From: a virus
Lineage: Duplodnaviria > Caudoviricetes
DNA length: 45,665 nucleotides
IMG/VR virus record: IMGVR_UViG_3300014201_000003
Span: 1 to 45,665 of that record
Direction: 5' to 3' (one strand)
This document shows positions 1 to 7,661 of the stretch, piece after piece (positions within the stretch are counted from its first letter, which is position 1; each line of letters starts with the position of its first letter). The notes under the pieces are model-generated. The model was not told the origin of the DNA. It made no database searches and was given only the letters and a program-made list of their open reading frames with translations. A program made the translations under genes and the position numbers.

Positions 1-52
1 AAGTTTTTTCCTGGTAAGTTACTGATTCGAAAGCCTTTGCGGGCTACCTATA

Positions 53-81
53 CGTATACCATGTTTGATTGGTTTCCGCAA
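53..81 (-). promoter_or_regulatory. Putative sigma70-type promoter for the leftward early operon (also present in the right repeat copy)
   Basis: The minus strand reads TTGCGG-17 nt-TATACG with TG in the extended -10 position. It points into the 45.5 kb minus-strand genes. Confidence 0.45.
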
Positions 82-87
82 CAACTT

Positions 88-112
88 TAAGTGCTTTAGA
101 ATCAGTTGGTTA
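88..112. promoter_or_regulatory. IHF-like box (one of six; others at 15-39, 262-286, 571-595, 781-805, 2496-2520)
   Basis: TAAGTGCTTTAGAATCAGTTGGTTA contains WATCARNNNNTTR, the known IHF consensus. Confidence 0.6.
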
Positions 113-261
113 CAGTTGGTATGTAAAAATTACATAGTACTATGTAAAATTTGCTCTTATAAATTAAATTATTCATGTATATGTATAATAATATATATAT
201 AAAAAAGGGTGGGGGGGGTCACCCCGGATATAGATACCCCGTCCGCAGCCTTTTTTGCCCT

Positions 262-286
262 TAAACCCTTTAGAATCAATAACTTA
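262..286. promoter_or_regulatory. IHF-like box
   Basis: TAAACCCTTTAGAATCAATAACTTA contains a perfect WATCAANNNNTTR. Confidence 0.65.
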
Positions 287-512
287 CGAACGTTCGGTAC
301 CAAAGTACTAGTACTAGCTAAGTTCTTTAGAACGGGGGTAGGCAATTTTAGGGCCAAACCAATAAATTCGCAGTTTCTTCAAGTTTTGCATGATTTTCTT
401 CTGAGTTTTTTATGATTTTCTCTTAGTTTTTTAACTGCCTCTCTTCAAAAACTCGCTATCTCGTTGATAATTTCGAGTTTTCCACAGGCCCTAAAAAGGT
501 CGAAAAGTCGTA

Positions 513-546
513 ATATATGAATAAACCCAAGGTTTTATTCATATAT
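513..546. repeat. Perfect 13-bp inverted repeat with 8-bp spacer
   Basis: ATATATGAATAAA-CCCAAGGT-TTTATTCATATAT. Confidence 0.9.
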
Positions 547-697
547 CATGAATAATTATGCATTTCCCGGTAAGTGGCTGAAAACAAAAGGGTTAGCAAG
601 CCACCTATGTAGCAGTCGAAAAACGAAATATAAATAAACTAAACAGATGAAAATTGAAAAAAGACATAAAATGCGCGACTAACTCTAGGAGATTTCG

Positions 698-754
698 GGC
701 GGCCAAAACCCGGCCAAAACTGCAAGCAGAAACCCGGCCCAAAACTGCAAGCAG
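698..754. repeat. Short direct repeats (AAACCCGGCC(C)AAAACTGCAAGCAG x2 plus a partial copy)
   Basis: Read directly from the sequence. Confidence 0.8.
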
Positions 755-823
755 GCGAACAAACATAAATCGAATGGCGCTAAACGATTGAAAACAAAGC
801 AGTTAGTGAAATATAAATTTTTC

Positions 824-852
824 TTGACTTCGCGGCGCCAATATGGCAAACT
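824..852 (+). promoter_or_regulatory. Putative sigma70-type promoter for the 916 gene
   Basis: TTGACT-17 nt-CAAACT with extended TG, an AT-rich upstream stretch, and an IHF-like box at 781-805. Confidence 0.5.
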
Positions 853-915
853 GGGATTACTGGCGAATGGGCCGGTAAGGTAAGACGAAAATCAAAATAA
901 AGGACGGAAAGAGAA

Positions 916-1317
916 ATGTTCACCACACAGGCAGAAGTAAAAGTCAAGGACTCGACTGGTAAGGTAATAATCAAACAAAACTACGAGAAAGTTGTATTCG
1001 AAGGCACAAGCCTAAACGCCAAAGGCGAGGTTGTTGGAGGAGAGGTCGAAGTACTCCTCGGCGATGCAATAGCCTATTACCAGGCCAAGGTCGGAGAAAA
1101 AGGCAACGGTGTGTTGGCTTTATTGGCCGACGCGACCTACGCCAATGACCTCGGACAGAGAGCTAAGATCCGCCAGCAACTAGTAACTGCTGCCGCTGGT
1201 CCTGACAAGGCTATCGACAAAGCCGTGAAGGACTTTATGGCTGCTCGAGCGGCGGCGGGGAAGCCGGTAACTGAGGAGCAAGCGCGGATGAAGATCAAGG
1301 CGCTAATGGAGGACTAA
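916..1317 (+). CDS. Hypothetical protein, 133 aa
   Basis: Clean ORF with AAGGA/GGA upstream and its own promoter-like element. No family recognised. Confidence 0.8.
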   Translation: MFTTQAEVKVKDSTGKVIIKQNYEKVVFEGTSLNAKGEVVGGEVEVLLGDAIAYYQAKVGEKGNGVLALLADATYANDLGQRAKIRQQLVTAAAGPDKAIDKAVKDFMAARAAAGKPVTEEQARMKIKALMED

Positions 1318-1390
1318 GCGCCTAGTCCTGACCTTAGCCCGCTTGAGATATAGCGGGCATAGGCCAGGATTTGAGTTAGGGAGCGAAGCT

Positions 1391-1459
1391 ATGACGAAAC
1401 TACACTCAGCGGTATGTCTAGGTTTGTTCCTCGGGTTGGTTATCAGCCTGATCCGCTAG
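1391..1459 (+). CDS. Possible 22-aa hydrophobic peptide (MTKLHSAVCLGLFLGLVISLIR)
   Basis: AGGGAG SD-like sequence upstream; the ORF ends just before the 1468-1500 hairpin. It is below the ORF-track length cutoff. Confidence 0.35.
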   Translation: MTKLHSAVCLGLFLGLVISLIR

Positions 1460-1461
1460 AC

Positions 1462-1500
1462 GCAAAAAAGCCCGCTTAACCGAACCAGTTAAGCGGGCTT
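1462..1500 (-). terminator. Intrinsic terminator between convergent genes
   Basis: 13-bp perfect stem AAGCCCGCTTAAC/GTTAAGCGGGCTT with a 7-nt loop and a T-run on the minus strand. Confidence 0.8.
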
Positions 1501-1580
1501 CGTACGAATGATTTTAGGCGCTTTGTCTAAGGACTAGTCTATCACGCCACCGAAATTTTGCTTAAACCAATCACTAATCG

Positions 1581-1847
1581 TCATACTGTTCCCCCCACAA
1601 TAAGTTTATATATCCCCCAGGTAAAGTCCTCGGCTACGAACTCAGGGTTCCGTTCGCGGTACCCCTCACCCAGCAGCTCCCAGACTTCATCGACTGATCC
1701 GATCGGGAGCACGATGAAAGTCCCGTCGCCGTCTTCGTCACAGTCCAGTTCTGTATGGACTGGTTTGTCGCAGTTTAGGTACAGGGCCTCCTCATAGGAA
1801 GCCGCTATCTCGACTAATTCCAGGCCTAACGCCCGTTTCGTTGTCAT
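1581..1847 (-). CDS. Hypothetical acidic protein, 88 aa
   Basis: GGGGGGA RBS; ATGA overlap with the upstream gene. Confidence 0.75.
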   Translation of the reverse strand: MTTKRALGLELVEIAASYEEALYLNCDKPVHTELDCDEDGDGTFIVLPIGSVDEVWELLGEGYRERNPEFVAEDFTWGIYKLIVGGTV

Positions 1848-2119
1848 AGCTGTTCCCCCCTCTGATGAATATCTAGCGGCTCGACCGTGATCTTCACGGG
1901 CGACAGGTCCGCGCCCAGGGCGTAAGTAAACAGGTTGAGCCGGTCGCCGCGATACAATGCCTGCTTGACCGTATTATGCGCAACAACAACAGCGGCACAA
2001 GCATCACATACTTTGAATTTATGCCTACCGCGTGTAACCAGTTTCGTGGGCGGCACCTCCTGGCAGATGAAGCACAATGCTTCGTTCACGTCTAACATCT
2101 GTTTCTGTCTCGTTGTCAT
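1844..2119 (-). CDS. Hypothetical protein with two CxxC motifs, 91 aa
   Basis: CFIC...CDAC; GAGGAAAGGA RBS; strong upstream promoter. Confidence 0.75.
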   Translation of the reverse strand: MTTRQKQMLDVNEALCFICQEVPPTKLVTRGRHKFKVCDACAAVVVAHNTVKQALYRGDRLNLFTYALGADLSPVKITVEPLDIHQRGEQL

Positions 2120-2176
2120 GACTATCCTTTCCTCTGAATATCCTGCGGCGCCTCACAAGAAGCCGCAGCCGAGTCA

Positions 2177-2205
2177 AGATTAGCAAGCCCGGCGAAAATT
2201 GTCAA
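2177..2205 (-). promoter_or_regulatory. Near-consensus sigma70-type promoter
   Basis: The minus strand reads TTGACA-17 nt-TAATCT with extended TG. Confidence 0.7.
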
Positions 2206-2317
2206 GTAGTAGAAAATTCCCGAGAAGTCAAGCGAAATTTCGTCGGGGGAATCCTGTAGTCGAACAGGCCCGGTGGGGTCATGGGGTATGCCCGTCCTAA
2301 GGGGCCCCCCGACGCGC

Positions 2318-2445
2318 GAACCGAAACGCCGTCAAAGAAAGCGCATTAAGCGCATTTGACAAGAACCGAAACGCCGTCAAAGTAAGAGCATTTGGCACGT
2401 CAAAGCAAGAGCATTAGTCAAAGAAAGCGCATTTGCGTCAAAGCA
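2318..2445. repeat. Iteron-like array GTCAAAGNAAGMGCATT x4 (plus a partial fifth)
   Basis: Copies start at 2331, 2376, 2399, 2417 and 2437. A 20-bp repeat, GAACCGAAACGCCGTCAAAG, occurs at 2318 and 2363. Confidence 0.85.
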
Positions 2446-2526
2446 CTAGTATATAAAAAACCAATGGAGAAGTTTGTTCGTCTCCCGAACGAACCTAACC
2501 CATTGAAAACAAAGGGTTTACAGGCC

Positions 2527-2555
2527 TTGACTTTCCCGCCCGCCCATGTTATCAT
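2527..2555 (+). promoter_or_regulatory. Putative sigma70-type promoter of the packaging/virion operon
   Basis: TTGACT-17 nt-TATCAT with extended TG; IHF-like box at 2496-2520. Confidence 0.7.
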
Positions 2556-2610
2556 ATATTCAACTGAGCTGTAGTCTTTGTTTTTAAAGTTGACGAGTTA
2601 GGGTAAATGT

Positions 2611-3111
2611 ATGAAAATCGATCAGAAAGAGCTAGAGCGCCGCCTGGCATCAGGCAACAACATAGCCAACACAGTCGTGGAGCACCGCTCGCGCGCCGTG
2701 GGTCGGCGAGGCCCTGAGCTGCCCGCATCTGTCAAAGATAGCATCGCCGTCCTAGCTCACGAGCCAGGGTCCCGCCAGAAGCACCTAGCCGCAGAGTTTG
2801 GGGTGTCCGTCGCGACTATCGGAAACATAAAGCGGGACCCAACGGATGCCGCCCAGAAAGAGATCGACACTAATCGGAAGAACATTCAAGACTCTGCTCT
2901 CCGTAAGTTGATGTCATCCTTGAATCTTATCTCCGATGATAAATTAACCGACCTAAGCCCTAAAGAATTGACCAGGGTAGCTCGGGATCTAAGTTCGATA
3001 GTCGGTAACCTCGAAGAGAAGCAAAAGGAAACAGACCAGACTCAGGTGAATGTTATCGTCTATGCTCCTCAAACCGTCGAGGAGAAGTCCTACAAGACTG
3101 TAGAAGTGTAA
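2611..3111 (+). CDS. HTH-containing protein, probable terminase small subunit
   Basis: HTH-like RQKHLAAEFGVSVATIGNIK, a helical middle and a C-terminal beta-strand (VNVIVYAP). It is the first gene of the packaging operon. Confidence 0.6.
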   Translation: MKIDQKELERRLASGNNIANTVVEHRSRAVGRRGPELPASVKDSIAVLAHEPGSRQKHLAAEFGVSVATIGNIKRDPTDAAQKEIDTNRKNIQDSALRKLMSSLNLISDDKLTDLSPKELTRVARDLSSIVGNLEEKQKETDQTQVNVIVYAPQTVEEKSYKTVEV

Positions 3112-3187
3112 AAAATGACTTACGACGCTGGGATATTTTATATCCTTGTGATATGGATTATCCTCGATAGATTTAATATTTATTTTT

Positions 3188-3343
3188 ATGGGTCCCATAA
3201 AACCAAAGAAACCAAAGCCAGCTTCGGTAAAACCGAAGATGATAAAGCCAAAGAGTCCTGTGCCGAAGACGAAGGTTAAAGGTCCGAGATTAAAGAACCT
3301 TACACCTAACGTCCGAGGGTTGGGTGGGATCGGTCAGTTTTAA
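3188..3343 (+). CDS. Candidate 51-aa Lys/Pro-rich basic peptide
   Basis: Hand translation: MGPIKPKKPKPASVKPKMIKPKSPVPKTKVKGPRLKNLTPNVRGLGGIGQF. A competing overlapping ORF exists at 3115-3279 (54 aa, hydrophobic N-terminus). Confidence 0.5.
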   Translation: MGPIKPKKPKPASVKPKMIKPKSPVPKTKVKGPRLKNLTPNVRGLGGIGQF

Positions 3344-3371
3344 TATTTTAAGTTTTTAAGATTTTAAGTTA

Positions 3372-4463
3372 ATGAACTCGCGTACAGCACAACTCGCTCA
3401 CGCCCAGATGCTTCTTCCAGAAGATAGGAAGATTGCGTCACATATGAGAGGGTTCGAGCAGACCCGGGCTCCGCGCCTACGGGATCTGTGTGGTGCTGAC
3501 GACATCCTCGGCTGCATGTCCAAAATGACGACGGGAGCATCGTCATTAGGACGTGCAGCTGAGGTGCTGACCGACATGCTTCGGTCAGCTCAGATCGTCT
3601 TAACATTAAGCGGCGTCGCATCGGTTGGTAAACTCGATTATATCATAGCGGAACTCATCGACATGGGGTTCATCAAAGCTGTCGTTGCGACAGGCGCTGT
3701 AATAACCCACGGATGTTCTCACGAGATGGGTGGGAAGATGTTCCATATCGACGAGGAGCAGGTGGATCAGGGAGTCGATGTTGGATTGTATAACCGAGGA
3801 TTGAATCGGGTATTTGACACTGTAGAACTGGAAAAGTCGCTCGAAGATACTGGGGATTTAGTCTGCGACATCTTAAGGTCGGGAGTGATGGGAGACTGTT
3901 TTGGGTCCTTTGAACTTCACTGCGAGATGGGAAAGTATTTGAATAAACACTGCCCGCATGAGGATGGGATACTCCACGCAGCGGCTCGCAAGAAAGTTCC
4001 GGTCTTCGTGCCTGCGTTCACCGACTCTGAGATCGGCTTGGCTGTCATGCGTTACCTCTTCGAGGAAGATGAACCATTCTATGATGGCTTCCGAGATTTC
4101 AAAGAGTACGCTGACTGGGCTAAGAACGCGACAAAGCCTTTAGGAATATTAACACTCGGAGGTGGGGTTCCGAGGAACTGGGCTCAGCAGATCGGACCGT
4201 ACTTCGACACACTCACAGACAGAAAAATGATAGAGTTACCAAAACCTATCAGATTTCAATATGCTGTAAGAATCTGCCCGGAGGTAACGAATTGGGGAGG
4301 GCTATCAGGGTGCACCTACTCTGAGGGGATTAGTTGGGGAAAATTTATCCCGGAGAAGGAGGGTGGGAAGTTTGCTGAAGTCTATGCAGATTACACTCAT
4401 GTATTTCCTCTACTCATTCGAGGCGTGATGGAGCGGGTGAGGCCGATGCCTCAAGGAAGATAG
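3372..4463 (+). CDS. Deoxyhypusine synthase family protein (DHS / DHS-like homospermidine synthase)
   Basis: Motifs VATGA, VPAFTDSEIG, LGGGVPRNW, GGLSGCTYSEGISWGK (catalytic Lys324) and EVYADYT. Length 363 aa is typical. Confidence 0.92.
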   Translation: MNSRTAQLAHAQMLLPEDRKIASHMRGFEQTRAPRLRDLCGADDILGCMSKMTTGASSLGRAAEVLTDMLRSAQIVLTLSGVASVGKLDYIIAELIDMGFIKAVVATGAVITHGCSHEMGGKMFHIDEEQVDQGVDVGLYNRGLNRVFDTVELEKSLEDTGDLVCDILRSGVMGDCFGSFELHCEMGKYLNKHCPHEDGILHAAARKKVPVFVPAFTDSEIGLAVMRYLFEEDEPFYDGFRDFKEYADWAKNATKPLGILTLGGGVPRNWAQQIGPYFDTLTDRKMIELPKPIRFQYAVRICPEVTNWGGLSGCTYSEGISWGKFIPEKEGGKFAEVYADYTHVFPLLIRGVMERVRPMPQGR

Positions 4464-4464
4464 T

Positions 4465-4653
4465 ATGGAATTAACTGAGGACTACAAAGAGGCTAGACCG
4501 TTAATTATCGTCGCCATTGGATTTGTGATTTGTTTAATTCACAGAAAGGAGCTCTCATCTGATCCTTCAGTTTTTGGTAATAAGCTAGCTCCTAAAGAGA
4601 AAGCTATGGAGCACGCTAGGGATTGGGTTAAAATTCTAGAGGCAGAAAAATAA
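4465..4653 (+). CDS. Hypothetical protein, 62 aa, one hydrophobic segment
   Basis: Tightly packed in the operon with 1-nt gaps. Confidence 0.6.
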   Translation: MELTEDYKEARPLIIVAIGFVICLIHRKELSSDPSVFGNKLAPKEKAMEHARDWVKILEAEK

Positions 4654-4654
4654 A

Positions 4655-4858
4655 ATGAATTCTTGGGAAAATGCACTTCTTCAATTCATCGTAGCTGCGG
4701 CTGAGACCGAGCTACCTCTATTCATACACTCGAAGCAGGGAGTTGCTGTGCTCAACGTAAGTGAGCCGCTCGCGAATGCGCTGGTGACGGCACTCTCATC
4801 TACGCCTTCTACAGCTTCGACCCAAACCACTACTACGACTCAGACGACGACAAAGTAA
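4655..4858 (+). CDS. Hypothetical protein, 67 aa, Thr-rich tail
   Basis: Tightly packed in the operon. Confidence 0.7.
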   Translation: MNSWENALLQFIVAAAETELPLFIHSKQGVAVLNVSEPLANALVTALSSTPSTASTQTTTTTQTTTK

Positions 4859-4868
4859 AGGAGAATAC

Positions 4869-5273
4869 ATGCCTAGCGACTACGCAGTTCCTATGTCAGC
4901 AAATTACGCACTCAAACTTCAGTTTGGGTCAAACATTGGCAACTCAACCACACTAACGGCGATCACTGTAACGGTCTCAGACACGACCAACGCTTACGTG
5001 GCCGACGCTGGTGCGAACGGAACCTGTTATCTATGTCCACGTGAAAACTTTGGGGGAACTCCTCTATCAGCTCTACAAACGTTAACTTTGCAAGTGAACG
5101 CAAAAGACACCAGCGGTAACTCACTTCCTGTGCTCACACTCACAGTGGATCTCGACCCAGCGGCACCTCCGCCTCCCGTAGCGACGTCAATCGTACTCCA
5201 ATCCGGTGGAGTCGTTGCGCTGACCTCAACCCCGACCGACCCTGGTACCGCTACGGTAAGCGTCACGTCCTAA
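4869..5273 (+). CDS. Beta-rich, Ig-like hypothetical protein
   Basis: AAGGAG RBS; alternating Thr/Val strands and a PPPP linker. Confidence 0.65.
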   Translation: MPSDYAVPMSANYALKLQFGSNIGNSTTLTAITVTVSDTTNAYVADAGANGTCYLCPRENFGGTPLSALQTLTLQVNAKDTSGNSLPVLTLTVDLDPAAPPPPVATSIVLQSGGVVALTSTPTDPGTATVSVTS

Positions 5274-5274
5274 T

Positions 5275-5523
5275 ATGACGACATTAACTTACACCGGAGT
5301 GTCGGAGGAAACTTACAATGCCCTCCTCACCGAGCTTGAAAAGAGCGGTGGGAAACTAACGCCGACGACAGAAGGCTATCACGTGGAGGCTCACAACGTG
5401 AGTGCGGTGGTTTCTTACGACGCTGCGAAAAGCGTCGCAACCGTAGATATCATCTCCAAGCCGTTCTATGTTACGATCGCTGAGATCGATAGTGGAATCT
5501 GGAAATGCCTAGGAGTGAAATAA
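5275..5523 (+). CDS. Hypothetical protein, 82 aa
   Basis: Tightly packed in the operon. Confidence 0.7.
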   Translation: MTTLTYTGVSEETYNALLTELEKSGGKLTPTTEGYHVEAHNVSAVVSYDAAKSVATVDIISKPFYVTIAEIDSGIWKCLGVK

Positions 5524-5527
5524 GTAA

Positions 5528-6022
5528 TTGAAACACCAACGTCAACGTGCCGCTTCGATCATCTTCCACTTCGGGAGGCGACACAGGTTTTGGGAACTTC
5601 TCGATCTGTTTAGGAGGCACAAAGGAAAAATGCAGTTTTCACTCGTTGCGGGTCAGCTGGTGAATGTTTTCGGCACACCGGTGATTGCCGACGGCATCAC
5701 ACCAAGTACCGCTACATTGAGTAACCAGGCTTATTTGAGTTCAGACACGACTATATTTACAGTCGCGCCTGACCCGAATACTCCAGGTGGAACGATTATC
5801 ACGTCAGTTGGTGTCGGATCGGCGACGTTGACTGAGACGGCTATAGCTACAGAGTCTGACGGGAAAACGACGGAGAATATTCAAGGCGTCGCGACGATCG
5901 TCGTGACTACTGCACCTCCGCCACCTTCTCCGCGAGCTGCATCAATTGTATTCACATTCGGGACGCCTTTCTCAGGCCCGAGCACAGGCAGTCAAGTAGC
6001 TACAAGTTTGAAGAAGTCCTGA
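5528..6022 (+). CDS. Ig-like hypothetical protein (alternative ATG start at 5630 with AAGGA RBS)
   Basis: SSDTTIFTV...GVGSATLT resembles bacterial Ig-like group 2; PPPP linker. Confidence 0.6.
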   Translation: MKHQRQRAASIIFHFGRRHRFWELLDLFRRHKGKMQFSLVAGQLVNVFGTPVIADGITPSTATLSNQAYLSSDTTIFTVAPDPNTPGGTIITSVGVGSATLTETAIATESDGKTTENIQGVATIVVTTAPPPPSPRAASIVFTFGTPFSGPSTGSQVATSLKKS

Positions 6023-6023
6023 T

Positions 6024-7661
6024 ATGTCCGATCTGATCTGGAAACCTAGTAAGCGACAGGAAGAGTTTATTCAGGTTCCAGATACTGTAAGGGAGGGCTT
6101 CTTTGGTGGGGCAGCAGGAGGAGGAAAATCAGAACTCCTCCTCATGCTGCCCATTGTTAGGAAGTTTTATCAGTACCCTCGATTCAAGGGGATACTGTTC
6201 AGGAGAACTTATCCTGAGTTAGAAAAATCCTTGATCTTAAGAAGTCAAGGTGACGGTTATTACGCAGCCACAGGAGCGGATTATAATAGGACACTTCGTA
6301 GGTGGAGGTGGCCGAGCGGAGCGGTACTCGACTTTGGTTACGTTGAATTAGAGCAGGATGTTAGAAAGTATGACACGACTGAATACAATTATATTGGATG
6401 GGATGAACTTACTTCGTTCACTGAATTTCAATATGTGTATATCACAATGTCTCGTCTTCGTACTTCTGACGGTAATTTACCTACTATTTGTCGTTCTGCA
6501 TCTAATCCAGGGAATACCGGCCACGGTTGGGTCCGGTCCAGGTTTGTTGAACCGGCTCCATACGGTACGATTATTGTAGATAAACGGACGAAGATGAAGC
6601 GTATCTTCATCCAAAGTTTACCTTCAGATAATCCTTACTTGATGAAAGCTGATCCTGGTTATGTAGCTGCACTGGAGCTACTACCAGAAGCTGAGAAGCG
6701 AGCCAAGCTCTACGGAGATTGGTGGACGTTCTCAGGCCAGGTATTTGAGGATTTTAGGGTTGCACGACTACCTGATGAGCCTGAAAATGCTTGTCACGTA
6801 ATCCAACCGTTCAATATCCCGGACTGGTGGCCAAGAGTTATTGGTGCTGATTGGGGGTACGCTGCGATGAACTGGGTCGGGTGGGCTGCTGCAGCACCTA
6901 CCGGCCGAGCGTACATGTATAGAGAGTACGCGACCAAGAAGACGTTGATTGCTGACTGGGCTTCAGTAGTGGCTCAATGCTCCCAGAATGAAGACATTAG
7001 AGATGCAGTGTTAGATCCTAGTGCCTTCTTCAAGGTGGGTGGCGAGAAAACAATATCGGAGCAGGTCAGGGAGCACTCTGGTATTGATTTTCGTAGAGCT
7101 GATAATGACCGGCTTGGCGGTAAGAACATGATGCAGGAATATCTTAGGTGGAGACCAAAACCTCCTAAATATATTCCGCCTGAAGGATTCGATCCGGACC
7201 TCGCAGCGACGATATTAAGGCGCCGAGGCCAAGAAGAGTATGAGAAATATTGCGCTGTATTTACTGAGGAAGAACCGGAAACGAATCTGCCGAAGCTACA
7301 GATATTCGGTGGGGAACCGCTCGAGCAGTACGGGACGTGTCCGGAATTTATTAAGTGTATCCCCCTCTGTGTGTACAACACAAAGGATGGCTCGAAAGAG
7401 GATGTTGCAGAGTTTAACGGCGATGATCCTTACGACGGTGGCCGATACCTAATAAACGCTATTGACCGTTTCTATAAAGAGTCTAAGAAAACTTACGTGA
7501 AGATTCAGGCTCGTGATAACATAGTAAGTAGATTCTTGAAGACGGGTGATTATACGAGCCTTCATAGAGAAATGGAGCACTTTGAGCGGAATGAGAAAGT
7601 GGCTAAGAGGGGTGTTCCTAGGTTCCACGGAAGAATGCCGCGCATGCGTCGCTTTACGTGA
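6024..7661 (+). CDS. terL: Terminase large subunit
   Basis: Q motif PSKRQ, Walker A GGAAGGGKS, Walker B YIGWDE, motif III SASNPG, nuclease IGADWG and DDPYD. Confidence 0.95.
   Translation: MSDLIWKPSKRQEEFIQVPDTVREGFFGGAAGGGKSELLLMLPIVRKFYQYPRFKGILFRRTYPELEKSLILRSQGDGYYAATGADYNRTLRRWRWPSGAVLDFGYVELEQDVRKYDTTEYNYIGWDELTSFTEFQYVYITMSRLRTSDGNLPTICRSASNPGNTGHGWVRSRFVEPAPYGTIIVDKRTKMKRIFIQSLPSDNPYLMKADPGYVAALELLPEAEKRAKLYGDWWTFSGQVFEDFRVARLPDEPENACHVIQPFNIPDWWPRVIGADWGYAAMNWVGWAAAAPTGRAYMYREYATKKTLIADWASVVAQCSQNEDIRDAVLDPSAFFKVGGEKTISEQVREHSGIDFRRADNDRLGGKNMMQEYLRWRPKPPKYIPPEGFDPDLAATILRRRGQEEYEKYCAVFTEEEPETNLPKLQIFGGEPLEQYGTCPEFIKCIPLCVYNTKDGSKEDVAEFNGDDPYDGGRYLINAIDRFYKESKKTYVKIQARDNIVSRFLKTGDYTSLHREMEHFERNEKVAKRGVPRFHGRMPRMRRFT

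Larger units (their letters stand above)
1..123. repeat. Terminal direct repeat, left copy (123 bp)
   Basis: Bases 1-123 are identical to 45543-45665. This may be a circular-assembly overlap or a true terminal repeat. Confidence 0.95.

Noticed and set aside
125-152. Palindrome as a XerC/D dif site
   Set aside because: One arm resembles the XerD arm, but the spacing does not fit the 11-6-11 dif geometry.
169-974. Short ORFs in the left non-coding region (169-357, 209-415, 780-974)
   Set aside because: No convincing RBS, and they overlap regulatory motifs or the real 916 gene, so they are likely spurious.
2318-2445. Repeat array as a mini-CRISPR
   Set aside because: The units are 17 bp with irregular 1-28 nt gaps, so there are no spacer-sized unique sequences.
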